Part shown: positions 21,038-32,206 of the stretch, piece by piece
How the letters are laid out: the number at the start of each line of letters is the position of its first letter
Position numbering within the stretch: the stretch's first letter is position 1
Notes under the pieces: generated by a model
Databases searched by the model: none
What the model was told of the DNA's origin: nothing
Seen by the model: only the letters and a program-made list of their open reading frames with translations
Position numbers and translations under genes: made by a program
DNA from: Naegleria gruberi
Lineage: Eukaryota
Length of the DNA: 64,000 nucleotides
Assembly (NCBI GenBank): GCA_000004985.1
Contig: GG738888.1
Direction: 5' to 3' (one strand)

Positions 21038-22762
21038 ATGAAAAGAACAACTACACAGGAATCTTCGGAAGAAGCACTCTCAGAGCAATCATCATCCAAA
21101 AAGCTAAAACTTGATCAAAATTGTCAGCTTGGTCTTTATTCCTTGCACTCAGATATCAAACTTTACATTTTAGAATTTATTCAATTTTTTCTTTCTCGTC
21201 ACTTGATAGTTTCTGAATTTGATGAGCATTCGTTAGAGCTTGAACATGTTGATGTTTCATCGAAGGAGAAATTGTGGGAACATACCAAGGTGATGGCTAG
21301 GAGACAATTGTTAAAGTTAATGTTTGGTTATTTCGTGGATGAAAGTAGACGAATTCATCTCCTATTCAAGCATGTGAATTTTTGTGCAAGTGGTATTTTT
21401 CATCAACATGAGTTGTTCACAGAGTTGAGATTTAGAGATTTGAAATCAATTGAGTATTCGAGAAATTACTTGTTTTCAAGTAAATATTTTGATTTTAAAG
21501 AGTATTTGCCGAGATTGGAAGCTGTTTGGGGATTAAATATTGAAGTAGAAGAGGATGCAAAGAGTTTTCTTGCTCATGATTTGAGTAGAATGAAATCTGT
21601 TTCTTTTGGTTACCTCGAGAAAGATGTTTGTGTACCAGAATCTATTGGATTTGAAACTTTCTTTTCCAAATTGACCAATCTTACCACTCTCGAACTGTCT
21701 TGTGGTTATATTGATGAAGAGTTTGTTTTTGCCCTGATGAAAAGCGTAAAACATTTGAGAAAGGCCACATTCACAGAGGCCACCTTGAACAATGATGCCT
21801 TACAAATGTTATTGGAACAAGCAGAGTTTTTGGAGGAGTTGGATGTTAGCATGCCAAATGATTCCTTCGATCTTGATTATATATTTGATAGAGTCAAGAG
21901 GCCACTCAAGCTTACTAAACTTTTTGCTGAGAGTAATGATGTTACAGAAAAATTCTTTGTAAATATTGTAAAGGCAGCAAAATACCTTGGTAATTTGAAA
22001 GTTTTATCAATCTCACCTTATATGATCAATGATGAAGAACTTTGGAAAAATTTATTTAATAGCTTCCCTCAATTGACTGAGCTGGAACTAAGCGATCAAA
22101 CTTTAACAGAGTCAATCATGTCACATATTCATGTATTGAAAGAATTACGCTCTCTGAAATCGAATTTAGAAACCACCAAAGGTCTTGAACTTCTTCTCCA
22201 TTTCAAGTCACTCACTCTCTCATGCTTGACTAGAGAAACTAATTTGGATTTCTCCAAGCTGAACCATTTGGAATTTCTTGCCATTGATGCCTTGTACAAT
22301 ACCATATTGGACAATTTCGATAAGGATGAAAGCTTACCAAAGTTAAAGAGAGTCAAACTTTACCTTATTAATGATGTTGAACGCACTATTGATGAAGTTA
22401 AACAAATTGCAGAAAAAAGGCCTGAAATTAGATTTTCCTTGATATTGCATGAAGGTGTAACTCCAGTCGATATCTTTGAGAGAATTCTTTCCTGTAAAGG
22501 AATTGATGAATTGGATAGTTTTAATGCAAAAATTCCAGATGCCATTGAAACTAACTCCACCCTTAAATCCTTAACTATACTTAACGCGAAATCATTAGCT
22601 AATTTGGAACTTTTACAAAACAACAAGACTTTGGAAGTATTGAATCTCTATTCAGCGGATATTTTTGAAGGTGAATATGTGAGTGAAATTTGTAATTTAT
22701 TCCGTAACTCACAAGCTGAGCATATTTCACTTATTGATCCATCTATTGTTGGTGAACCATAA
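21038..22762 (+). CDS. F-box-like / leucine-rich repeat protein, 574 aa
   Basis: Start context is aaaaATGAAAAG. The N-terminus has YSLHSDIKLYILEFIQFFLSRHL, which is F-box-like. Repeated L-rich segments follow (LTTLELSCGY, LKVLSISPYMINDEELWKNL, LTELELSDQTL, LEFLAIDAL). Confidence 0.5.
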   Translation: MKRTTTQESSEEALSEQSSSKKLKLDQNCQLGLYSLHSDIKLYILEFIQFFLSRHLIVSEFDEHSLELEHVDVSSKEKLWEHTKVMARRQLLKLMFGYFVDESRRIHLLFKHVNFCASGIFHQHELFTELRFRDLKSIEYSRNYLFSSKYFDFKEYLPRLEAVWGLNIEVEEDAKSFLAHDLSRMKSVSFGYLEKDVCVPESIGFETFFSKLTNLTTLELSCGYIDEEFVFALMKSVKHLRKATFTEATLNNDALQMLLEQAEFLEELDVSMPNDSFDLDYIFDRVKRPLKLTKLFAESNDVTEKFFVNIVKAAKYLGNLKVLSISPYMINDEELWKNLFNSFPQLTELELSDQTLTESIMSHIHVLKELRSLKSNLETTKGLELLLHFKSLTLSCLTRETNLDFSKLNHLEFLAIDALYNTILDNFDKDESLPKLKRVKLYLINDVERTIDEVKQIAEKRPEIRFSLILHEGVTPVDIFERILSCKGIDELDSFNAKIPDAIETNSTLKSLTILNAKSLANLELLQNNKTLEVLNLYSADIFEGEYVSEICNLFRNSQAEHISLIDPSIVGEP

Positions 22763-22990
22763 ATTAATCAAATCCTATTGTTTAGAACTTTCGCCAACTT
22801 TATTCAAAACCTTAATTACTCTAATAATGAAAATAACTAACTTCAATATTTCCAATGGGAAATGGATGGTCAACTCGAATATCCACCAAACCCCTATTCC
22901 GATAATTATCGGAACTGCTCATCACATTTCATTGTCCGAAAAGTCCATTAATGCAATTTTGTAACAAACTTGTCCAATTAATCAAAAAAA

Positions 22991-24376
22991 ATGAAAGAAA
23001 ACCACAGCAACTTGATCCTCACACTGCTGTTCATATGTTGTGTGTGTATTGTTGCCTCTCATCAACAAGAAAAAGAGCAATCAACCTCCGATGAATATTC
23101 ATCAAAAATTAGAAAATTCACAATTCCCTACGATGAGAAAGAATGGCACGATTTAAAACAAACACTGAACAAATCAATTGCCAAATTAAAATCCCATCCA
23201 GATTCTATGGTTCCTTTCTATTCCGAAACTGATCGTGCTTGGAAAATGGGAAGTCAAATTAATCAAGTTTTGGAATTGGCTGAATATTGGAAGAATGAAT
23301 TTGATTGGAAGAAACAAGTTGATTTAATGAATGAATTGTTTCCACATTACGAATCCCAAGTTGATGATCATGTTACTGTTAGATTTGGTTGGAGACAAGC
23401 TAAGAGTCAAATTGAAAAACCATTGAAAGAGAGAAAGGTATTGATGATTGTTCATGGTTGGCCAGGATCAATTATTGAATTCCATAGAATTATTAACACA
23501 TTGGTAGATGTTCATGGTTTTGATGTTGTGGTCCCTTCAATTCCAGGTTATGGATATAGCTCTATTCCAAGAAAGGAAGGTTATCATATTGGCAAGGTTG
23601 GCCAAATTTTCGCTCAACTCATGAAAAACATTGGCTATGGCAAATATATTGTACAAGGTGGTGATTGGGGATCAATGATCACAATGTACGTTGCCAGAGC
23701 AGATCCAGAGAATTGCATTGGATACCATTCCAATATGTGTCTCGTTATTCCTAATTGGAGAGATTGGATTGATGTTGCCAAAGATTTAATTACCCAACTC
23801 GTGAGTGGAACTCCATACAGTTCAAATACCAACAGTTTCTCATCATTCCTCTCGGGTTGTTTAACTTACATCACTGAGGAAATTGGTTATCAAGCTATGC
23901 AAAGCTCAAAACCAGATAGTATTGGAGTAGCTCTCTTAGATTCACCTCTTGGATTGATGAATTACATTTTGGAAAAGTTTGTTTCTTGGACAGATATTGA
24001 GCCACGTGATACAACTGGTCTTTTCAAGGTGATTACCAGAGATGAATTCTTAACCAATGTCATGATTTACTATACTACCAATACTATTGATTCTAGTATG
24101 AGAAAATATTACAATGTTGCTAAAGGAGCTGAAGAACACAAGTTGGGTACCAAGAATTATTTGCAAACTCCAACTGCTTGTGCTGTTTTCAAAGATTTAT
24201 TTAGAGCTCCAAAGTCAACTGCTGCCCGAAACTTTAATCTCATTCAATATAATAGGTATGAAAAGGGAGGACACTTTGCTGCTTTGGAAAATGGTCAAAC
24301 TCTTGTGGATGATTTGATTTCATTCACTGAAAAGGTCTATAACCTTCAAAAAACCAACACTAAGAATGAATTGTAA
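22991..24376 (+). CDS. Microsomal epoxide hydrolase (EPHX1-like alpha/beta hydrolase with N-terminal membrane anchor)
   Basis: The hydrophobic N-terminus LILTLLFICCVCIVASH is followed by an epoxide-hydrolase N-domain. The oxyanion motif HGWPGS and the nucleophile motif GGDWGS are present, as is a C-terminal EKGGHFAALE. Confidence 0.85.
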   Translation: MKENHSNLILTLLFICCVCIVASHQQEKEQSTSDEYSSKIRKFTIPYDEKEWHDLKQTLNKSIAKLKSHPDSMVPFYSETDRAWKMGSQINQVLELAEYWKNEFDWKKQVDLMNELFPHYESQVDDHVTVRFGWRQAKSQIEKPLKERKVLMIVHGWPGSIIEFHRIINTLVDVHGFDVVVPSIPGYGYSSIPRKEGYHIGKVGQIFAQLMKNIGYGKYIVQGGDWGSMITMYVARADPENCIGYHSNMCLVIPNWRDWIDVAKDLITQLVSGTPYSSNTNSFSSFLSGCLTYITEEIGYQAMQSSKPDSIGVALLDSPLGLMNYILEKFVSWTDIEPRDTTGLFKVITRDEFLTNVMIYYTTNTIDSSMRKYYNVAKGAEEHKLGTKNYLQTPTACAVFKDLFRAPKSTAARNFNLIQYNRYEKGGHFAALENGQTLVDDLISFTEKVYNLQKTNTKNEL

Positions 24377-24441
24377 ATATTAAGCAAATAATTCACTGAT
24401 TTGGTTACTTCTTTGAGTTTCACATTCTCTATCGGTAACCA

Positions 24442-25413
24442 TTACTGGATAATACATTTCTTTTTCTTAGATACAGTTTCAACACTTTCTTTCTCCATTC
24501 TATCCATTTCTTGTTGACTATAATAGTATAACCTTATTAGGGAAGATCCAAAATTATCGAAACCATAAGAAACCTCCTTCAGTGGACACGCTGTTTCAAA
24601 AAAGGACAAACAGTTCAACTCCTTGGCTAAATTCGATCCTTCCTCATAGCTCACAAAAGTTTCATTCATCAACTCCAGTTCAGTTTGTACCTCCTTGTCA
24701 TTTCTCAAATCAATTTGGCTTGCTACCAAAACACGAGGAGTATACGGTGCTTTTAACACTGCCTCTTGATTGAATTTAGTTTTCACACATTCGACTATAT
24801 CTATTATTGACTGAATAACAGATAAAAATGATATCTTTCTGTTTGTATTGTAATTGTCTAAATTTTTCATATCTATATCAAATTATACATTATCCTATTT
24901 GTAAACTAATCGTTGAACAACTTACTCTTCCTTACCAATAATTGGCAAACTATAAAAATCCCTCTCTCTATACCATCTTGAATTAACAAAATCTTCCATT
25001 TTCCCTTCTCCCAAACATTTCAAAATCATGCAAGTTGTTCCAACATATCCATTTCCAACAAAAAGAACATTAACACTCAATTTTTGATTTTTCTCCATGA
25101 ACAGATAATCATCCAACAACTCTATTTGTTCAATCTCCTCTCGGGAGAGAAAATTGAATGGTCTGTTATATTTTCTATTGTGTCTGTGATTAGTCCTTGC
25201 ATTTTCAATACACATTCGATTCATGAATTTATTCACAAGCATGAATGAGTGAAAATCAGAAATTTTCATAAATTTGAAAATTATTCGGAACAAGTCATCA
25301 TATAAATCATAAATATTAGCAGCCTCAGCAACAGTAGCATAAGCATTTTGATTCATTTTTTTTGATAGACTAGCTGAATATTGCCACCGATTCAGGTTTT
25401 GCAACTTACACAT
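24442..25413 (-). CDS. F-box-like N-terminus + Ras/Rho-like pseudoGTPase; complement(join(24442..24872,24936..25413))
   Basis: ATG at 25413. YDLYDDLFRIIFKFMKISDFHSFMLVNKFMNRMC is F-box-like. The GTPase-like core has a degenerate P-loop VLFVGNGYVGTTCM, with GK[ST] replaced by GTT. Its G3 is IIDMKNLDNY instead of DTAGQE. G4-like RVLVASQIDL and G5-like FFETACP are retained. A 63-nt intron, with donor GTAAGG at about 24935 and acceptor ...GATATAG, joins the two parts. Confidence 0.65.
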
Positions 25414-25618
25414 TCCATCCCCAAATAATCAATTCATCCAAAAAAAGCATCTTTCCAATCGTCAAACAATCTGTGCTGCCCAGATTCTAAATTTACAGTT
25501 TCATATAAGGTAATTTCCAAGCTTTCCAAGCTTATCTCAAGTGGGGCATCTCCAACATCATCCTTGATAGAAAAAAAAAGAGATTTGAATTTGTGTTCAA
25601 AAAGCCTGCGCAATCTTT

Positions 25619-27850
25619 ATGATGATTTCTTCCAAGACGAACGGAACACGGAATGGTGATATTCATCAGCTGCAAAATCATCATCATACCAATGAGACAA
25701 TTACGGAATTTCCATCACACACTAATGAACATGAGTATTATGATCTTAAAAAGGAGGCTCCTCTTCAATTTTTTGATGAGAATGATAAGGATTTGTGGGA
25801 AAATAAGGAAAAACAACAAGTTGGATTGAAATCAGAGGAAAAGATTGGAGTGGCTGATCCAAGAACTGGATTCGCCAATACAGAAAAGACAAATACCTCT
25901 TCCGATGGAGAGGGTCATTGGGAAGCAACAATTGGAAGGTTTCTATTAAGATTAACAACTGCTAGGAGAATTGTTTCTCTAGTTCTTCTCTGTCAATATT
26001 TTCTTCTACTATTGGGTGCCTACCAACAGGGAACAACAATGTTTTGTATAATGTTATTCACCTGTATTCTTGGAGTAATTAATAATAGCAAATATGTTAG
26101 ATTATCCTTCACCCATAGTGATGATAATGTGGGACATTCGGAGGAGAGAAATAGAGTCTTGATAAGTTTGGCCATCTTCTCTTTTAGATATTGTTTGTTT
26201 CCAGAGCTTCGGATTGTGTTGGTACCATTGTATTTGCTAATTGTCATGTCCTCAAATGTTTTGAGTATCAATTCGTGGTTTTACACATTGGCTCCTATTT
26301 ACTTTACTTTGGCACATTTTGGATGCTCTGGTGTTTATGGATTTATCCAGCATGGAATTTCAAAAGAGTTCTATGATAACTGGGCCTTATTCCTCTCAAT
26401 ATTGATTTTCAGTTATTATGTGATTTCTACTTCAGTGCATTTGAGATCGAAATTGGACAAGTTGGAGCAGACAACAGCTCAGTTGGAGAATGCTCTCTCT
26501 GCAAAAAGTGTATTTCTGAGGCATATTTCACATGAATTTAGGTTTGTATTGAAATTTATGTTTCTATTTTAAAAAACGTTTTGTTTTGTAGATCACCATG
26601 TTTGAGTAGTTTGGGAAGTGTTGAATTATTGAGGGAAACCACCTTGACCGATTATCAGAGAGATTTAGTGGAGACAATTGCATCATCGGATGGAATTTTA
26701 TTGAACCTTATTGAGGATGTTCTCACACTAGTGAAAATTGAACATGAGGAAAGAATTGCTGAAAAGGAGGAAATTACTGAAAAAACAAAATTCTTGACAG
26801 TTTTCAGTTTGGATAATTGTGTGAAAATGATTGGAAATATTATTAAGAGTTACTCTACTCAATTCGAAGTGAATGTTTGCGTTTCAGTTGAGGCTCTGGC
26901 AAAGAACGTTTACGTGAGAGCCAATCAAACAAGAATTCATCAAATTATTTCCAATTTGATGACCAATAGTGTGAAAGCGTCTAAAAAGGGTGATTCAGTT
27001 GAGTTGAGGTGCTATTTGGATGGAATAGAATCTGTTTCGAATGGTGTCACCGAACAAAATGTTGTTTTTAAAGTTATAGATCATGGCATTGGTATTCCAA
27101 AAGAGAAACAGGAAAGAATCTTTGAGCCATTCTCTCAACTTCACAATTTGAATGAATCTGTTTATCCAGGAACAGGATTGGGTTTGTCAACGGTATGTTT
27201 CTATGTATTCTTGCTAATTTCAAATATCATTTAGGTTCTTCATAATGTGAGAGCAATGAAAGGAAATATCATTCTCAAATCGGATCTACATCAAGGAGCC
27301 GAATTCACAGTTACCTTACCGCTAGAAGTTGTAAAACCTGATGAAAAAGATCTGTCGACAGAACAGCACGATATTGACCCTTCCATTAAGAGACAATTGA
27401 AAATTCAAGAAAATTACATTAAACTCTTCTCAACCTTTGATAGATCGGGAGAATGTAAAGGGGAGGCCAGTATTTTGGTAGCTGATGATAATGCCATCAA
27501 CAGAAAAGTCATTCTCAAGCTGATTGAAAGTCTAGGATATAAAGCAGATGCTGTTTGTGACGGGAAACAATTGGTCGAACAGTATGATCCAAAGAGGCAC
27601 AAATTGATCATTACAGATTTTGTAAGTTTTCACGCAATCTTAAATTTCAATAACCATTTATTAGAATATGCCTGTTATGGATGGATTGGAAGCGTCAAAG
27701 GAGATTAGAAAGATACACGGCACTGCAAGGATTGTTGCCCTCACAGGTGACGTCATGGCTGAGACACCAAGCTCTGTATTTGATAAGGTTCTTGTAAAGC
27801 CCATCCACAAGGGTACATTGAAGAAGTGTATTGAGGAAAGTTTGGTCTAG
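25619..27850 (+). CDS. Hybrid sensor histidine kinase with multi-TM N-terminal sensor, HisKA, HATPase_c and a C-terminal receiver; join(25619..26541,26592..27192,27235..27621,27665..27850)
   Basis: About five hydrophobic helices sit in residues 100-270. The H-box HEFR|SPC is split by a 50-nt intron (GTTTGT...TTGTAG). The N-box is HQIISNLMTNSVKAS, with G1 VIDHGIGIP and G2 GTGLGLST. A 42-nt intron begins with GTATGT. The receiver has ILVADDNAINRKV...ITDF|NMPVMDG, split by a 43-nt GTAAGT intron, then ...KVLVKPI. Confidence 0.85.
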
Positions 27851-28480
27851 TTTAAAAGTTTGCCAACAAAATCGGAATTTATTACAAATCCTTAATAATG
27901 GACGATTCTTCGTCATATGGAGATTTATTAAGATTCTTTGTAAAGAACCAATATTCCATTTTGCTAGCGGTTTCTATCATCAAACATGTTAGACCTATTC
28001 CAAAAACATCCAGAACCAACATGATCTTGTTCTTAGAAATATCTCTAAACGTGAGCACGAAATTTCCCTCCTTATTTGCTTAACTCTCCTAAATAATCAC
28101 CAACTCGGAAACCTTATTGAGATGAAGTCCTTAGAGAGTTCCACAACCTCCAAAACTCTCCACTACTCGGGCTATTATATATAATTTGTTAATCACTTGC
28201 ACACACAAACCCTCATGGTCTAACCAAATAATGTGAAGATAATGGGAATTTCTCTGTAGTTGATTCTCAATTGGATTGAATTATCTCGAAGGCAACACCT
28301 TCGTTGTGTCTGTTATCAAACTGTCCGCAAGCTTCACCTTTTTGAAATTTTTGGTTGTGGAGTTTTTTGAAAGAAAAAAAAGCACGACAATTATTTCTTG
28401 CATCCTCACACAACATATCATCGATCATCTGCATCGTTGATACCTATTTTTGCGATTGACCCATATTTCCACCTCCGCGA

Positions 28481-29203
28481 ATGTCTATTGAAATGATGAT
28501 GGATACTAGTAGTGCTGCCTCTGCTGAATTGAATAATATGCAACAACAACAAGAACAACAACTTGATAGAAATTATTATATTCAATTCTATACGCAAAAG
28601 CTGTCAGCAATGGCCATTGAGAGACAAATTTCCTCTCTTTCTCATATTGAACAACTTTTAAATTATCAGACCGAGTTGGTGCCACAATTAATTCATACAG
28701 AATTAATTTCATCATCATCAATTTCATCACTCTTGACGGAACCTTGTCTAAAGTGCTTGAAATCACTTTTATTCATATTGACCACAACCCATATTCTTAT
28801 TCAACAACAAGAAAAGAAGGATTTGCAAATTGTTGAACAAGGAATGATTCATAACGAACAAGCCATTCTTGCCTATTTTCTTGAAGCTGGATGTAAAACA
28901 AATACAGACATGATTAATTGGTTGAGAAAGATTCAAGAAAAGTCACAAATGGCTCAGCTCGCACCAGAACAACAACAAGAGGAAGCTAAGAGATGGTACC
29001 AAGTTTTGGAAAGGTATTTTGAACCTGTTTTATTCCCTGAACTTTCCGAAACTTTTGTGAATGCTCACACTAGACCATCCATGAATACATGTTCAATTGC
29101 TGAAGGTAAAGCAGTGGATTTTAATGTGGATAAGAAGGCTTTTATTTTCATGTTGTACGAATTTGTTGATGCCATTCACACAATTTTGAAGATTAGAAAA
29201 TAA
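28481..29203 (+). CDS. Hypothetical protein, 240 aa, Q-rich N-terminus, no recognisable domain
   Basis: Clean ATG ORF sitting in the expected gene-spacing gap. Its composition is like the neighbouring genes. Confidence 0.35.
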   Translation: MSIEMMMDTSSAASAELNNMQQQQEQQLDRNYYIQFYTQKLSAMAIERQISSLSHIEQLLNYQTELVPQLIHTELISSSSISSLLTEPCLKCLKSLLFILTTTHILIQQQEKKDLQIVEQGMIHNEQAILAYFLEAGCKTNTDMINWLRKIQEKSQMAQLAPEQQQEEAKRWYQVLERYFEPVLFPELSETFVNAHTRPSMNTCSIAEGKAVDFNVDKKAFIFMLYEFVDAIHTILKIRK

Positions 29204-29357
29204 TTTATTAGAATTTGATGACATGGCATGAATCAATTTTTCGAAGTTTTAGCTAAGATTTTATAACACATTGTAGAGTATTATTGTTCTGTTGATAGAT
29301 ACAATAAAGTTTTGTAACCATTTATTTAAAAGAACAAGAAACTTCTTTCCTTGATTC

Positions 29358-31787
29358 TCATCTTTGGTTCCTCCTTTTCTTTGAGCTTTTTCTTGCACTG
29401 CTTTTCATACTTTTGTTGAATGGAAATTCTTGTTTGTTCGGGTATTGTTTCAGTAAATGAGGAAGTTGTGATAGGGATTGAAAATTGTCAACCATAAAGT
29501 TTTCACATGCATTTTGCAACGCTTTATCGTTGTGAAAAGTAGCCACCTCGAAAATGGAGCAAACATTCGATTTATCCAATAAAGAAGCTACCAAGGTTCT
29601 GCAACATGAGGCAAGCTCATCCATATCAAATAAGAGTGAATATATCAGTAAACCAAGGGCATTATTTGGATTCAATTGTAATCGATCAGTGTACAAGTAT
29701 TTCAACATGTCAATCATTACTTCCTTATAATAATCTTTCAAATGGACTGTCTTTTCTATTGTTTCAAGCATTCCACTACTGACAAGCATTTTGGAGAAGA
29801 ATGGTGATCTTGATAGGAATAATCTATGAGCGTGAATGATAACTTCTTCATTTGTACCTTGGTTGGCTGTTTCATTGTTATTATCCAAGACGAGAGTAAG
29901 ATCACTATCGACTGAATCACCCAATAAGGTATTGAAATCATTTTGTATCGTGTTGAGAATTTCCATTGTAGTTTCAATATTCTTTGATTCTGCTGAAGAG
30001 TAAATCTTTTGAATGATAGGATAATGCTTTTGTTCAGATGTTGCTTGAACGAAGGAAAGAAATGGAAGAGATTCACTAGCTTTCAAGTGAATAGTACCAG
30101 TATATAGATATTTGAGGTATTTCATCAGAGTATTCGAATCACATTCTGCTATATCAACTATTATCATTTCCTTTTCCAAAAATACTCCCTCCAATTGATT
30201 GGTATTAATCCATTGTTTGCTTGATTGTATCTTTTGGTACAGTATTGGACACCTGGCTTTGATAATACATTTGTGAGCCAAAATATAAGGAGAGCTGCTA
30301 CTGGGGGCTAGGTCATTAACTTGGAATGATACATCGCAAAGATAACCTTCCTCTCTCTTTTGATTCAGATATTGAAGTACAGAAACTGACTTGAAAGAAT
30401 CTCCTACATTCAATAATTTCGAGAATGATCGGTGATTCTTTTCCTTTTGCGAGGATCCAATAGCAAATACTTCCCCTTTCAATGTTGTCAAACACTTGTA
30501 ACCAGAAATATTTTGCTTCATTTCATCAGAAACAATTTCAATAAAATTCCACTTATTATCAATAATATCATATCCATAGAAGCAGTCAGATATTCCTTCT
30601 GATTTGTTTCCTCCATAAATAAAAAAGGATCGTTCATTAACACTAAATGAACAATGCTTGAAAAGTGGAGGTGGAATAATTGATTGCACAATTATTTCAG
30701 TCCAAGTTTTGCTAGAAATATCAAGCATGAATAAATCATTGAGTATTTTGTCGCCAGTAGTTACTCCTCCATAAATAAATATTGAATTGGATACTTTGCA
30801 TGCAGAATGTCCATATCTAGCTGATGGCCATCTTCTTAGCTCTTTAAATTGTTTAGGGGGTGAATATGTTGTACAAGTAAAGGGATTATAACTCGCTCCA
30901 TTAAAATATATCATATAGAGATTTTCATCTAATACACCCTTATCAGATTTACCTCCAAATACATACAGATACAATTTGTTTTCAATTAATACCTTTGTCA
31001 TTGTAAAGTGGATTCTATTGGGCAAAGCAGACCTTTCCACTTGAGTTAAATAGGATAGATTTAAGGGATCAGTAACCTTTTCAATTCTGTGAATTTCCCC
31101 TTTTCCAAATATGAAAATTAGTTGGTCAAGTTCTATCATTTCATATCCAATTAAACCAATTGGCAAGCGAATATTTTTGTAAAAAGGGCCATGACATGCC
31201 AAATATAAATTCTTATAGACATATAACACATTTGATGCAATATCATAGCTAATGAAATCGTCATGCATGACATTTCCAGTTCTACCTCCATAAACAAACA
31301 GAAATTTGCAATCACTAGACATGCAACTCAAATACTCAGTTCTACTTAGAAGCTGCTGTACAAAGCTAAATGATTTTGCCCTTGGATAGTGCTCAACTTC
31401 AAATCTTGGATATTCCAATTTCTTTTCGAGCATCTCCTGCTTTGACTTATAGTTATACCAAGTAAATTCGTTTTTCATCAAATATTTGTAGTTTTCATCA
31501 TATTTTGCTGTTCCAGATAGAATAATCACTTGAGGATCCAGTGCATCAAAAAACAAGGATAATGGCTGAGAAACATCCAAATCCAAATTAATTTCCAATT
31601 CCTTGTTTGAAACTTTTTCATCGACAACAACATTTAAATCATCATTATTCAATTCCTGCTCCTGATCAATTAATATTATTGTTTCTCTATTTTCCTTCTT
31701 ATTTGATGGAAGAATTTTCCTTGTTGTTTTCTTCTTATTTTGTTTCTTTTCCGAAAGCTTTTTAAAAACCAATCCATCAAATGACAT
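29358..31787 (-). CDS. LZTR1-like protein: N-terminal Kelch beta-propeller followed by two BTB/POZ domains
   Basis: Kelch motifs include YGHSACKVSNSIFIYGGVTTGDKILNDLFMLDISSKTWTEI and FIYGGNKSEGISDCFYGYDIIDNKWNFIE. Two BTB-like segments follow: CDVSFQVNDL...YILAHKCIIKARCPILYQKI and DLTLVLDNNNETANQGTNEEVIIHAHRLFLSRSPFFSKMLVSS. The N-terminus is basic (KKQNKKKTTRK). Confidence 0.65.
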   Translation of the reverse strand: MSFDGLVFKKLSEKKQNKKKTTRKILPSNKKENRETIILIDQEQELNNDDLNVVVDEKVSNKELEINLDLDVSQPLSLFFDALDPQVIILSGTAKYDENYKYLMKNEFTWYNYKSKQEMLEKKLEYPRFEVEHYPRAKSFSFVQQLLSRTEYLSCMSSDCKFLFVYGGRTGNVMHDDFISYDIASNVLYVYKNLYLACHGPFYKNIRLPIGLIGYEMIELDQLIFIFGKGEIHRIEKVTDPLNLSYLTQVERSALPNRIHFTMTKVLIENKLYLYVFGGKSDKGVLDENLYMIYFNGASYNPFTCTTYSPPKQFKELRRWPSARYGHSACKVSNSIFIYGGVTTGDKILNDLFMLDISSKTWTEIIVQSIIPPPLFKHCSFSVNERSFFIYGGNKSEGISDCFYGYDIIDNKWNFIEIVSDEMKQNISGYKCLTTLKGEVFAIGSSQKEKNHRSFSKLLNVGDSFKSVSVLQYLNQKREEGYLCDVSFQVNDLAPSSSSPYILAHKCIIKARCPILYQKIQSSKQWINTNQLEGVFLEKEMIIVDIAECDSNTLMKYLKYLYTGTIHLKASESLPFLSFVQATSEQKHYPIIQKIYSSAESKNIETTMEILNTIQNDFNTLLGDSVDSDLTLVLDNNNETANQGTNEEVIIHAHRLFLSRSPFFSKMLVSSGMLETIEKTVHLKDYYKEVMIDMLKYLYTDRLQLNPNNALGLLIYSLLFDMDELASCCRTLVASLLDKSNVCSIFEVATFHNDKALQNACENFMVDNFQSLSQLPHLLKQYPNKQEFPFNKSMKSSARKSSKKRRNQR

Positions 31788-32206
31788 TTTTTCTTCTCAA
31801 GTAAATCTGTTAGTTGAAACATCATCTTTCTTCATCATCATTTAAAATAGTTAACTTTAGAGTTTCGGAAAAGCATTCTAGATTTGATATCATTTTCAAG
31901 CTTGCTTTTTGGCGCCATTTTTTATTTTAAAAAATATTAAAAAAAATACAAAACATTCAAAGCCTTAATTTTTTTTCATTTTTCATTTAAGGTGCAAAGA
32001 AGAAGAAGTTTTCTCTCTCGGGATGGAGACAGTATTAATTCTGTTTTTATTAGATAAATTTAATTGTTGTCAATGGTTAAAATAGTTGAATCAGGTGTGG
32101 AAGGAAAAATATCCTTGAACGGGCTTGCTTTGGAAAAACAATTTCAAATGTCAGTTCTAACAGCGAACAATAGGAGATGTCATTTCAAAAAAATTAATTA
32201 GATTTG

